A stretch of 64,000 nt of DNA from the human T2T-CHM13v2.0 reference genome, Homo sapiens. Below, piece by piece: positions 45,056 to 58,274 of this stretch. A program made the position numbers and the translations under genes. Every line of letters begins with the position of its first letter. The stretch's first letter is position 1. The stretch is from assembly GCF_009914755.1 (NCBI RefSeq), contig NC_060936.1; one strand, given 5' to 3'. The notes under the pieces were generated by a model that was given only the letters and a program-made list of their open reading frames with translations, did not search any database and was not told the origin of the DNA.

Positions 45056-48000
45056 AGAGCTTACAAGTCTAAGGTCATCCCCCTGGAAAGCAGTGGACAG
45101 GCTCACTGAGAAAAACATCTCTTCGTGAGGACCTCTCTGGATGGCCAGCCAGCCCTCTTCAGGCCCCGCCCTATCTGTGCCCCTCAAAACACACCTGCTT
45201 CACTGCCTCTCAACCAGCCTCAGGAGAGGATAACACTGCTACCATTTGTTTTTTCTGAAGGAATCCTTCAAACATTTCATTTGACAGTTATTCCTATTTC
45301 AGTAAGACCTTGTGAGGCCCAGCTTCACAGATGGATAATGGCCCCATCCTACAAGTGGAAGAGGATGTGCCTGTGTCTTAGTTGGAGAGAGAGAAAAAAG
45401 CAATCTGTCAACCTGATGGAAAATCCATCACTGTGGGGATTTACAGGAATAAATGACCGTAACACTTCTTCCTGGCAGCTTTGTGCACATGGATAATAAG
45501 TAAACCCTTGTTCCTTTATAGAATGGTTTATTTCAAAGAACTCGTGACCCACAAGATTTTCTATTTAACCCCTAGGCTTTCTTGGCTTATCCAATTCCAT
45601 AGCTATCACACCGTGTTCATCTTTAGAGCCAAGAAATTCAACTATGCAGTGCCCTTGCTCTCAAGAAAAAATTGTGACAGGAACCTTTGTGAATTGTCTT
45701 TATTTCATTAGAATTTGTCACCCCAATTTAACTTTTTGCATGTGACCAGAAAATGTTTTGAATTGTTAAATGCTCAAGTTAATGTCAAATTTTCAAATGT
45801 GAAGTCAACATAAGCTTCGTACAGCTTGGTAACTTATGTTAATATTGTCTTAATAAGACAAAGAACTTAAAAGAGCAGTATGTTTATTTGAAGTAAAAGT
45901 ATATTTTTAAAATAAAGAGGCCTAGGGGTGCAGGTCATCTGAATCATAGCACCCATGTGGATCACACTCCATGATTTCAAAATTCAGAGATGCTCCTGAT
46001 CTATCAATCATTAACTGTTGACCTTTGAGCAGCTAAGAAGACTGTGTTATATAACAGTTGTCCCTGACTACTAAAATGATTAATTTGGGGGTGGAAGATG
46101 GGGACATTTTTTAAAATATTAAATCTACTAAATTCAGGTAAAATTACTTTGTAACATTTCCAGGTCTAATATCTCATAGGCCAACTAAATATATGCAAAT
46201 TCATTTAATAATCAGAGAAAAGAAATGGAGTGTTACTAAACCAATGAAACACAAGCAGCTCTTTTGCTCATTTGCTGTGTGTCCAGAACTGTGGGAGACA
46301 TGGGATCTTCAAGCATTTTACAGAAAAAGGGCTCATGGAACAGAGGGACAACCAGGGCTGGGGCAGTGCTGGCAGTAAGGACAGTGGTAACCTGCCCATC
46401 ATGGCAATTTATATTTGTGTGTGTTTCATTCCTTTACAGGTGGGGAATGTCCTGAAGAGCAGGACTTATGTTCATTTACGTTTGAATCACCCTCACCTCT
46501 GCCCCACCTCAACTCTTCATTAGCTCTCAACACCGTGATTGGCATGAATAAATAGAGGAATAAGAGAGAAAAGGGATGACTGAAAGAGAGACTGAAAACT
46601 ATGGCACTTCTATTTCTTCCTATAGAACAAATACTAGAAATAAGTCCTCAGGGATTAAAGTCTTATCTTACTTTTTTCCTCCAACGAGTGGCTGACTAAT
46701 CAGTGATTTTTAAGTTCTTGGAAGTCACAATTCAATGGCTTCTGCATTGCTCAGCTTAGGTTCCTTTTCTCACCCATTCCCCCTCCCTTCTCATCTCCTT
46801 GTGCCTATGGAGTAACCAGGTCAATTCCTATGATGGAATGGGCTGATCCATTCAAACAACTGGTTGACATGGCTTATAAAAATAGCCAAGCTGGGCTTGT
46901 TGGCAAAGGCTAGACTTCAAGGAAGATGATAGTGGTCTGAGTCAGCAGCTTGTGAAATTCAAGCAGGCAGTTAGAGTGACAAAAAGGAAAAAGAATTGAC
47001 GGTGACCAAAATGTCCCCAGATAACACATCACCCCACTGAGGAAAGAAGACAGAAGTAAACAAGTAGGTGGAAACATGTGCCAGTCAATTTTTAAAGAAA
47101 ACAACTTCACCTGACATTATATTTAAAAAGATTATGTTGACCTGCACATGGTGAAACATAAAAATAACAATTAATGTAATGACTTTTAAATATGAGAAGT
47201 AGCATGGAGATAGAGCAGTATACATTGTCTAAAAAAAATTCTTACTATTCCCACAATCTGATTTTTCATTAATAAACTTCACAGGTCTTTGGGAAAGTCT
47301 GTGGTTAGATCAATGCATGGATTCAATTCTAAAGCTGGAAAGAAAGATTTTATTTTCTCTTGAGTTTCTGTCTAGCCAGCAGGTTTTAATTCCTGTGTAA
47401 TAGTGGTTCGTTATCCTTCATCTGTTGAATAACCATTTTCTTGAAAGGCCAGAATATTGTAACTCCAAGAAATAAAAAGAGGTCAATTTTGTTGAATACT
47501 GTTTATTTAGATTTTTTGCATATTTTGCACATTTTCTCGAGTATGGGTAAGTAATCAAGTAATCCTACATACTGGTGGCTGCCTTGTGGATATCTCTTAT
47601 TAGCATCGTGCCAAAAAGTGTGGAAGGCAAAAGGACAAAACTTAAAGCAAGACTTGAAAAAGTGGCCAGGGTATAAGTGGTGTATTCATTACCAAGCGTG
47701 GCCAAAATATGTTTGCCTATTTATACCAAAGTCTCTTCAGATTTACCAATTAGCTTCAATAATTTATTGATTGAGGGGTGATGTTAATGCTTTTTAAAAA
47801 GCACTTCTTAATATTTGTAGCCATTAAATACTTGTAGTCAATACCTGTAGAGTATGTCTGCAAGGAGACTTATTTCATCTGGGTAGGAAGAAGTAGGAGT
47901 GGGGAGAACTTGCCTCAATTTCTTTACTTGCTTCAATTTCTTTACTATCAGGAACAGATGACTAGTTTAGCAAGAACATCACTGGCTCAAGGCACCCCTT

Positions 48001-48883
48001 CTCCTAAGCAGCGCATGTCTCACAGAATATTTCAAGGTTCACAGAGCAGTTTCACCTACCTTAGCAGCAATCTGTGATGTTTCACAGAGGAGGAAAGGAA
48101 AGCACCCAGATCTGAAGTGCCTCTCCCAGGAGATCATGGAGCCAGCCAGAGGCTGACACTGCATTGAAGTCCAAGTCTCCTTCAGAACCTAAGCCCTCTC
48201 CACCGTACTTCTTGGCTGATCCCAAGCAGATAGCTCTCATTTCTCAACAAACGTAAATAAGGCAACGTGCAATCTTAGAATACAAATGAAGTATTTCTCC
48301 TAAGGCATCTATTATAGGCAACTTATTGAATAAACCTCTTAAGATCAAAAAAAGATTCTTAAAACTGCTAGTCGTTATTCACAAACACACAACAAAGCCT
48401 TCCAGATTTATAAATTTACATGGAGAAATAAAAGTCATCCCAGAATAACTTTAAAATTGTTCAAAATAATGTATATACATCTATATTTGAAAACATCCTC
48501 AAGGCTGTTTTTTGAAAAAGGACATAAATATATGTCAAATAAAATAAAATTTGAAAAGACAAGAGATTCTGTGAGGAAAAAGGTCGTTAGATCCTTTGGA
48601 ATTAACTGGAAAAATGATGGCAGTTATATGGGGAATCGGAAGGACAAAATGATATCGAATTTCTCTTTATGGATCACAGGCTTTTACTAGTGTAGTGTTA
48701 TAAATAATTGAAAATATTTTTGTCTTCTTCAGAGAAGAAAGCAAAGTAGTATCAGGTCCTTACCTAGAGGGGACACACACACATATACACGCACACACAC
48801 AACACACTCCTACTCATAGATCCCACTGGGAATTTGGGAAACAGAACACCCCATTAGGTAATTCTCTTTAAAAGTCAATTCAG

Positions 48884-49310
<427 letters not shown>

Positions 49311-50781
49311 CTACCTACAAAGTAGATGTTTGTTACATATTTCTTGGATAAATGATTGATACAGGATTGATTCAAGACAGGACATAAAAGATCCTGGAAG
49401 GCCAGGTGGATGACTATCACAACAGTCCAGCAAGAGGTAATGATGACTTATGTGGGGGCAGTGGAAAGAAGAGGGCAGAACCAGGACCACTGCACAGGTA
49501 GAATTGACCTCGTTATTGAATATTCAGCAGCTTCTCACAATCTAGAGAACTATTGAAGGCTCTCCATTCACTTCCTTTATCTACTTCTTGGCCCACACTC
49601 ATTCTCCATGCAAACATTAGTTCTCTCCTAATCATCCAGGAAGTAAAACCTGAAATACCTAAATAATTAAAATCAATTATACTCCGATAACATTGGAAGC
49701 AGCTGCTATACTCTTCATAATATATTTTACAGATTAAACATTCATTTCACATAGTCAGGTTTGTATAGATGAGTTAATATTTTATAAAGACATTTGTCTT
49801 CAGGAAACAAAAAGAAATATCAGACTATCACCTACATGAATTCTGAAGGTACATGAATTTGCCCATTACATTTTGCTACTTTGAGACATTAGAAGACCTC
49901 TCAAGAAGTCCGAACCTTTCTGTTGAGACTTGTTCTTAGATGAGACAAATCTGATCTCTCAAAAAGATGAGGTTCTCCTAAAAACAGTGTGTCAGTTCTC
50001 TGTGAACTTGGGAAAAATTGTGAAACAGAGACCTTGATTCCCTATTCAGACCTCCCATATACAGAATTCATGAGTGTCAGCTAGGATCTGTCCCCAGATA
50101 TTGCATGGGCTTCATCTCTTGATACTATGGACAACTTTTGGTAGAGGAGGTAGAGGATAAAAGAAAATAAGAGATCATCTGCAATCTTAGTGCAGACTGT
50201 AAGGAGTTCAGAGAAAGTGCCAGCCTTCAGGAAATGTCAGGACAAGTGTTAGCTCAATTCAGTAACCAAATTCAGTTCAATTCAATTCAACTCAGCTTGG
50301 ATGTTTATCAATAAGTCTTAACAATAATTCTTACATTAAATTATTGTCATGAAATTTATGAAACTTCTGCTGTGTGCATTTGATTTGTTTTATTCAGCAT
50401 TTCTTTTTTCATGCAGTCCTAAGTTGTAAGGTGGCTTTCTTCCATTCTCATAAGAGTTAGCACAAAGAACTCTCATCCTTGTTCCCTGTTATCTCTTATG
50501 CATGCTTACTAGCAGCTGGTGAGAGCTGCTAAGAAAAAATGCCATTCTAGAGATATAATTTGGAATCAAGCAGAAGTATCTGCTGCAGAACTAATCACAT
50601 GTTTGGAGTAAAGGATTGAAGTGTGAAGAAAGCGAAAGACAGTCAAGGCTACATATGGATATTTTTAAAGTAAGGCTCATGTGCAGCAGCTGAAGAAGTA
50701 TGTCAGTGTTCCTTGCACTCATGTGATGTGACACTTATATGGCTCACTTCAAAGTCAAAAATGACATTGTCAATACTCTGC

Positions 50782-51083
50782 TTTTTTTTTTTTTAGGAAG
50801 GGTCTCACCCTGTCACCCATGCTGAAGTGCAGTGGCATGATCATAGCTCACTGTGGCCTTGAACTCCTGGGCTCAAGCAATCCTCCTACCTCAACCTCCT
50901 GAGTAGCTAGGATTAGAGGTGCACACCACTGTGCCTGGCTAATGTTTTTGTTTTGTTTTGTTTTTTTGTAGAGGGATCTCACTTTGTTGCCCAGGCTGGT
51001 CTCAAACTCCTTGCTTCAAGCGATCCTCCCACCTCAGCCTCCCACAGTGCTGAGATTGCAGACATGAGCCACTATGCCTAGCC
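50782..51083 (-). mobile_element. AluJ
   Basis: Reverse AluJ (gatcatagctcac, ctcaagcaatcctcc); TSD ta(c/t)tctgctttt. Confidence 0.93.
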
Positions 51084-51869
51084 TATTCTGCTTTTATTTT
51101 GAGAATTTCAACTTTTTCCTCTCCCATATGTCTATATAAATGATCCATCACCATGGGGAGGGGAGGGAGGTGGAGGTGGAAATGAAGTCTCCACATGTGG
51201 AAAGCAAATATCTGGAATATGCCGGAGTGTAGTACCTGCATAGGTCATACTGGGTCAAAGATTACAAACAATTCCACTTAAGGGCACGAAGAGGAATTGG
51301 TGCCTTTGAGGTCAGCGTGCATTCCAAGTTCTAGAAATAGAGTTTCAACAAGTTCTGCCAGATGCCTTATCTTGGCAGCTTTCCTATTATTATTTCCCTT
51401 GACTGCCAAAGAGCAACTCCCCCACTGCCATGCACAGGTCAGTGACTGGTGCAATCAATGAATCAATCAAATAGGCAACAACTGGTTTTAAGAACTGGCT
51501 CCATACTGAAGGCTTCTGTGGGGATTGCATTCAGCCAAACCTCCCAAGGGCACATTGAGAAGGATTTGTACTAGAACATATTATTGTTCTCAGCTCCCAG
51601 TCATTTCTTTATGAAAATTACGTTGATTATTTTTGACAAGGGAGTGTGAATGTAGGGTATTCTGTGGGAACTCTCATCTCTGCACTCCTCAAGGCTGAGA
51701 TGATTAAGATCCATATGTAACAAAGTTTTTCCACAATGTGAAGCAATGGAGTCAAGGATGGTGATATCCAGCCCCGTGCCACCACTTCCCCACTTGAATC
51801 CACGGTGGCTGCTATTCATCTATCACGAAGTTACCGCCAAGCCCAGCACCACGTTTTCTCATTCCAACA

Positions 51870-51909
51870 TTCCAGGAATTCTCTTCGCATTAGGATGTGA
51901 AACGAAACT
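51870..51909. promoter_or_regulatory. Candidate interferon-response module: GAS (TTCCAGGAA) plus ISRE (GAAACGAAACT)
   Basis: Motifs at 51870-51878 and 51899-51909 in non-repeat DNA with 10 CpGs in ~350 bp; motif-only evidence. Confidence 0.4.
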
Positions 51910-52427
51910 TCCTTGCCCTGATTAGGGAGCTCTGGTTCAGGGCTGCCTAGGCTCTTGTCTTGTCAGAGCTGCCTGTGTCTTAGGATAATCAGAAGGATTA
52001 TCCTAAGAAAGTTGTATTTAGGGCAGGATTCCTCAGCTGACCCCCGGCTTGCCCTGGAGAGCACACCAAGCCTTGAAGTGGTTCAGAAACTAACCAGCCT
52101 TCGGGAAATGTCAGGACAAGCAACGATGACTGTCCTGGTCCTTATCTTACTTTGTATTAATCATGAACCTGGATTTATTTCCAGAGAAGAAAAATGCCAA
52201 CCTTACCTCTATTCAGATTTCACTGTCACATTTTAGACTGTTCTATAATAAGTCTGTAATTTTTGTTTTAGTGGAAAAGACAACTTTGTGATGAGTACTA
52301 TTCTTCAGTAATTAAGTGAAAATTACTTTAGGAAGTTTCCTGTTCTCTAAAAGTAATCAGATTCATGGAAGCAGAAGTGATAAAAGAAGAAATCATGTGT
52401 ATAAAGTAGTTCAGTGGAGGTAACAGC

Positions 52428-52670
52428 ATTCATTCAACACATACTTCTTAAGTGCCAGGCATTATTCTAGCTGAAGGTCAACAGAGAAGAATAGCACATG
52501 AGTCCTGCTTTTTCTGAGGGTGACACATAACCACTAGCTACACCTGTGTGTAACTTCTGTGCAATATGGATGATAGCACAATATTACATAAACTGGATGC
52601 TATGAGGCCACAGTGAACGAAGTGCCTGACTCCAGGAGTTCAGAGGAACTTCTTAGTGGAGACAAAGCTG
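52428..52670 (-). mobile_element. L2 3' fragment
   Basis: attcattcaacacat...gtgccaggcattattctag. Confidence 0.55.
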
Positions 52671-53689
52671 TTTAACATACATTATTGTCTCGTGTTACCC
52701 ATTCTCAAACAACTCAGACACCCAACCTGTGCATAAAAAAACTGAAGACTTTTAAAGTTTGGGTTCTATAAAAGCTAATAGCTGAAAAGTATAGAGGAAA
52801 GTTACATACAGTGTACTTCCTCATGGCACTCACTGTGATTCTGTTGTAATGTCACACTGAACCCTCTTGAAAACCTCCAGATTGAGTTTGTTTTTCAGTT
52901 TTGGTTTGTTCTTTTAGCATACGCTGTATTCTCCCTCAAGTATCATGTACTCAGATCATTATATGGCCTGGTCCAAATGTGAGGGTGCCACTGGTTTTTT
53001 TAAATGGTTGAAGCATTACTAGGAGCCTCTGGGGAATAAGTCAGAGAGCTGTCTTTGTTGGCCTTTATGCTTGGAATGGCTTGGCTTCTCATGATTGCAA
53101 GCTAATGAAACTATTCAGGATAAGCTTTGGCGCCAAATCGGGAACACTTCAGGATCCATTGAGATGATCTTTGCAGAGCTCACACTGGTGCAGCCAGAGG
53201 GAGGATCCTGATTTAGTAGTTTCTACTTCAGGTGAGGACACGAGACACAGGTCAAGCATCCAGTGTGGCAACGCAGTTAGTTTATGTGTGAAGTGAGTGC
53301 TGGCAGGTGCTCAGGCATGAAGCCCAGCTACTGAGGGAGGGATTCCACTGCTATGCAGCCCAGACTGCCCCCATGGCCAAGGGCAGCCAGCAGGTTATAA
53401 TTTTGAGGCTTTTTACAATGGCAGATTTTTGAATCACTTATTTTTTTCTCTCTTAAAACAATGCATCAAGTTGAGGGGCTTTTTGCTCATTGCCACAGCC
53501 TTGAGAAACTCCTGTTGCCGATTAGTTTTATTTTGGGGCTTCTCTTTGCTCAGAGTTATCTAGCCCTGCAGGTGGATTTGATGAGCTTTACTCCAGGGTT
53601 GAAAGGAGACTAGTATTTGTGCCTTATCATTTGTTAAAGCCCACCTAATGTGGGAGCCGCTCAGTAGCCAATCAATATCCTGGGGAAAA

Positions 53690-53815
53690 AAAGCCTTGTA
53701 ATTGGAGTCTGAAGACCTAGATCTAAGCCCTAAGCTCTACGAAGTATTAGCTATGTCATTAAGGCAAGTGATTAAACCTCTCTGAAACTCAGTTTCCTCA
53801 TATGTCGAAATGGTC
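53690..53815 (+). mobile_element. MIR
   Basis: ttggagtctgaagacct...aggcaagtgattaaacctctctgaaactcagtttcctcat. Confidence 0.75.
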
Positions 53816-53870
53816 CTTGGTTATATGAACAGAGAGATTGCCCCAAACTAGCAGCAGTTTTAAGAGAGAT

Positions 53871-54050
53871 ACCCATGAGTGGAGGGAGGAGGGATAGCAT
53901 TAGGAGATATACCTAATGTAAATGATGAGTTAATGGGCGCAGCACACCAACATGGCACATGTATACATATGTAACAAACCTGCACATTGTGCATACGTAC
54001 CCTGGAATGTAAAGTATAATAAAAATGAATAAATTAATAAAAATTTTAAA
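53871..54050 (+). mobile_element. Very short L1PA5-like 3' end
   Basis: L1PA 3' UTR terminal ~170 bp; TSD aagagagat at 53862-53870 and 54051-54059. Confidence 0.88.
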
Positions 54051-54528
54051 AAGAGAGATTTTCGCTATCTGGCTAATAATAAATGGGACATGAGCAGCAG
54101 CTTTAAGCCCTCATTGTCATTTTTGGAAGAGAAGTTGTCCAAACTTTAATAGCTTTTCCAACAGGTATACAACAGCTTATCTCCCTTAATTATTTAAGAA
54201 AATATTTTGCAACTAACTTTCCTGGAGGGGTTGGTAAAAATTACGCTATATGACATGATAAATCTCATAGGAGTGTCCTTGATTTATTTGGTCACCGTGC
54301 CAGACATTAAGCTAGATGCTGAGGACACTGGCACTGTCTTCAAAGACTTTACAGCCTTGAAAGGGAGAGAGGCAACTACATATAAAACTGCAATGAAGTA
54401 TAATAAAACTGTGATAGACTCTTCCATAGGGTGCCAAGAGAGGCAAACAGATAATACATACCTCCTGTTGAATGTTCACGATCCCACCTCCGAAGTAGCT
54501 TTGCAAAAAATTGAACTTGAATTTCACA

Positions 54529-54745
54529 AGCCAGAAGAAGTGGCTCATGCCTATAATCCTAGCTACTCAGGAGGCTGAGGTGAGAGGGTCGCTTGAGGCC
54601 AGAAGTTCAAGACCACCCTGGGCAACATAGCAAGACTTCCTCTCCCTGGCCCCTCTCTAAAAGAATTTTAAAAGTCAGCTAGGCATGAATCCACTCCAGC
54701 CTGGGCAACAGAGTGAAATACTGCCTGTAAAGAAAAAATAAAGCA
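54529..54745 (+). mobile_element. Internally deleted AluJ, preceded by an L2 fragment ~54280-54500
   Basis: Left monomer plus only the last part of the right arm (cactccagcctgggcaacagagtga). Confidence 0.75.
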
Positions 54746-54769
54746 AGAACAAGTAACTGGGGCCTCACA

Positions 54770-55000
54770 AATTTGGATGAAGAGGAAAACAGCTGTGAGA
54801 TTTAAATGTAAAAATAAGCCACAATCACACAGCTATATAGTTGAAGAAGGAGTATTTTAATAATCTTTGGACAACTGTTGAGTATCCTTCTTCGACATTA
54901 CAACAAAATTTAAGTGATTTTCTTAAAAATTAGTTGTAATATGGGATATGAAACCATATGAATGAATATTTTATACACTTTGAACTGCGTTGGCTATCTT
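54770..55000. mobile_element. Charlie1-like hAT fragment
   Basis: ttcttaaaaattagttgtaatatgggatatgaaaccatat resembles the recalled Charlie1 consensus. Confidence 0.5.
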
Positions 55001-55657
55001 TACTTTTTAAAATTTGTGTACACTTATGGATACTTTTTAAAATTTGTATACATTTATGAGTACAAGTATAATTTTGTTATATATTGCATAGTGATGAAGT
55101 CAAGGCATTTGGTGTACACATCACTGAAGTAATGTACATGGTACCCATTAAGTAATTTCTCATCATCCACCTCCTTCCCATGCCCCTCACCCTTTAGATC
55201 CTCCACTAACATTCCACTCTCTACTTCCAAGTGCACACATTATTCAGCTCCCTCTTATAAGTTAGAATATGCAGTACTTGTCTTTCTGTGTCTGCGTTGC
55301 TTCACTTAAGAAAATGGCCTCTGGTTGCATCCACATTGCTGCAAAAGACATGATTTCATTCTCTTTTATGTTTATATACCACATTTTCTTTATCCAATAG
55401 TCTACTGGTGGACACTTAGGTTGATTCTATATCTTTGCTATTGTGAATAGTGCTGCAATAAATATACAAGTGCAGGTGCCTTTTTAATATAATGATTTAT
55501 TTTCCTTTAGGTAGGTACCCAGTAGTAGGATCGTTAGATAGTATGGTTGTTCTATTTTTAGTTCCTTGAGAAATCTTCATACCATTTTCCATTGAGGTTG
55601 TACTAATTTACATTTCATCAACAGTGTATAAATGTTCCCATTTCTCTGCATCCTTGC
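55001..55657 (-). mobile_element. L1PB4-like 3' fragment
   Basis: gtacccattaagtaatttctcatc; TSD-like tgc(g/a)ttgg(g)ctatcttt; 30-bp tandem duplication in the tail (55001-55060). Confidence 0.8.
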
Positions 55658-56127
55658 ATTGGGCTATCTTTAAAATAAAAACATGAAAGTACTAAAAAAA
55701 CAAATAAATACTTTGATAAATTTAGGGAAGAACATTCCAAACATGACAATTAAAATGGAACCCTTTTAAATATGAGGAAACACTTTAAACAAGAGACAAA
55801 TAAAATATCAGAAAAAAAATTGCAGCATATGTGGCAAAACAGTTGACATTCTCTGTACAATAAACCATTACAAATTAATGCAGAAGAAAATACACATTCA
55901 AATAGAAACACAGATAAAGGATATGACTGGGCAACTGACCAAAGAAAGAATTAAAATGGCAAATGAACATTGAAAATTTTTCAAATTGAATAATATTCTA
56001 TGAAATACAAGTTGAAACTATGAGCTACCACTTTTTACTCAGAATAAACAACAGGTGAAAAGGAATGACAATAGTGTGACGGTGTGGATGTGGAAAAGTA
56101 AGAACTGTCATATACTCTTTTGGGGAC

Positions 56128-56569
56128 TATATTAGTTTCCTATTGCCACTGTGACAATTTACCCACAACTTCATGACTTAAAGCAACACAAATTTATTAT
56201 CTTACAGTTCCGAAGTCAGAAGTCTAAAATGGATAAGCCAGGCTGTTTCTTCTGGAGGCTCCAGAGGAGAATCCATTTCCTTACCTTCTCCAGCATTTAG
56301 AGTCGGCTCTGATTCTTGGCTCCTGACCCCTCCTTTATCACTCCAACCTGTTTCCCTCTGACTCTGACCCTCCTGCCTCCCTTTTTTAAGAACCCTTGTG
56401 ACTACACTGGGCCCACCCAGATAGTATGGGATAGTCTCCCCATCTCAAAATCCCTAACGTAATCATATTTTCAAAGTTCCTTTTATAACATAAGGTAACA
56501 TATTCACAGGTTCTGGGGATTCAGATGTGGACATCTTTGGAGAAGGGGGTTTATTATTCAGCCTGTCAT
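56128..56569 (-). mobile_element. MLT1D-like LTR
   Basis: caacacaaatttattatcttacagttc; aaggtaacatattcacaggttctgggga. Confidence 0.8.
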
Positions 56570-56771
56570 GGGAGTAAACTGGTATAAACTTTCTGGAGGA
56601 AAATTTGACAATATGTATCAACATCCTTATAAGGTACATATCTTTGATCCACTTATTCAACTTCAGGGAATTTATTCTATCAGTCAAACAAGTGCACAAA
56701 GAATAGGACTTGTCTGCAGCATTGTTTTAATAGAAAAAACTTGGAAATGTTCTAAATAAAAAGAAAAAAAA

Positions 56772-57066
56772 TTTTTTTTTGAGCCAAGGTCTTGCTCTGT
56801 CACCCATGCTGGAGTGCAGTTACATGATCATGGCTTGCTGCAGCTTTGATCTCCTGAGTTCAAGCAATTCTCCTTGCCTCAGCCTCCAGAGTAGCTGAAA
56901 CTGCAGGTGAGCACCATCATGTCCAGTTGTTTTAATTTTTTGTAGAGACGGGGTCTCACTATGTTGCTAGTGACTAGGCTGGTCTCGAACTCCTAGGCTC
57001 AAGTAATCTGCCCACCTTGGCCTCCCAAAGTGCTGGGATTACAGATGTGAGCCACTGTACTCAGCC
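56772..57066 (-). mobile_element. AluJ
   Basis: Reverse AluJ (gatcatggct, gggtctcactatgttgc). Confidence 0.92.
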
Positions 57067-57237
57067 CAAAGCAAAATTTTGGTTAAATATATTATACTTC
57101 ATTAAAATAATAGAATATCATATAGCCATTACTAATGATTTTCCATATTTGTTGATATGGAAACTCTCCATTGTTAAATGAAAGTTCCAGGTAGCAAAAG
57201 AGTTTACGTAGTATGATTCCATTCTGATAAATATCAA

Positions 57238-57312
57238 AATTTAAATCTAAATATATATTAATTTAAATCTAATTAATTAATTTAAATCTAAATATCAGAA
57301 TTTAAATCTAAA
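57238..57312. repeat. Irregular AT-rich tandem array (aatttaaatctaa x4); perfect 15-bp duplication nearby at 57396-57425
   Basis: Direct read. Confidence 0.8.
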
Positions 57313-58274
57313 TGTAGATTTGTGTAGATTTGTGCATATATATATATATATTGCATAATAAATAAGCAAGGCTATGCACAAAACTTCCAGTGCAAAATAT
57401 TGCTGAGTGAAATATTGCTGAGTGACTTTTCCTTTCTCTTGTGGAAATTGTGAGAATTGACTAGGAATATGTGAGAAGATGAAGGTTTAGCCGAGTTCAC
57501 AGGCCATGAATCTGCAGTGAAGAGCAAGCGAAAGCAAGATCCTGGAAGATACTGGCAAGTGGCCGGATCACAGAATACAGGTTAGAAAGGGGGGAAAAAA
57601 AAGTCAAGAGAGGTCTGACAAATCAGGAGAAAATGAATGGAATAACGAAATGGAAGAATCTTTCTAAAGAACATAATCTCAAATTCCCTGCTGCTCACTT
57701 TTTGTAAAAATTAAGAAATATTCACCAAAAAAAAAAAAGTCAGGAGAATATGAAGCCACTCATTTTACTTCTAGAAGTTTTTCTTACAGAAAATCAATCA
57801 AGGAGAGAGAATTGTGTATTAATTTAATTGTTTGGCCTTTAGAATCATGTTCCTTAGAGGGCATCGGTGCGACGGCTTCACCATTCTGCACATCCACCTG
57901 AGTTTTAAAACACGGTTTCTACTAAACATCTGGTATCTTGTATACAGGGGATGAATGTGGTCTTGTTTCCTTCTTTAGCTGCTGGAAACCTTAGAGCAAA
58001 AAATAAGGCCACTTTTGTAACTGTGTCTGACTCAGCAGCATAACTTTTCCGTTGTCTTCCATGTGCTATCCTGTTTTTATTTTTCCTTTCCCTTGATTGC
58101 TCTCTATACATACATTTTTGAGAAGTTGTTTTTCTTTATTTTTCAAACTAATTCATTCAATACTCTCCTCCAGGTAGAGTTTATAATTGTTTGTAGTTGA
58201 GAAAATTGGACTAGAATGAAGCCTTGTGGAATCCAAGAAGAATTCGTTATTCTTTAGCTGCTTTCATCTCCAAC

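Larger units (their letters stand above)
55700..57230 (+). mobile_element. Degraded L1ME ORF2/3' region hosting MLT1D and AluJ
   Basis: aaggatatgactgggcaa; gggagtaaactggtataaactttctggag; tttgatccac..attcaacttcagggaattta. Confidence 0.55.

Noticed and set aside
53128-53145. tRNA-Lys primer-binding-site-like tggcgccaaatcgggaac
   Set aside because: Only 13/18 match to the recalled PBS and no adjacent LTR
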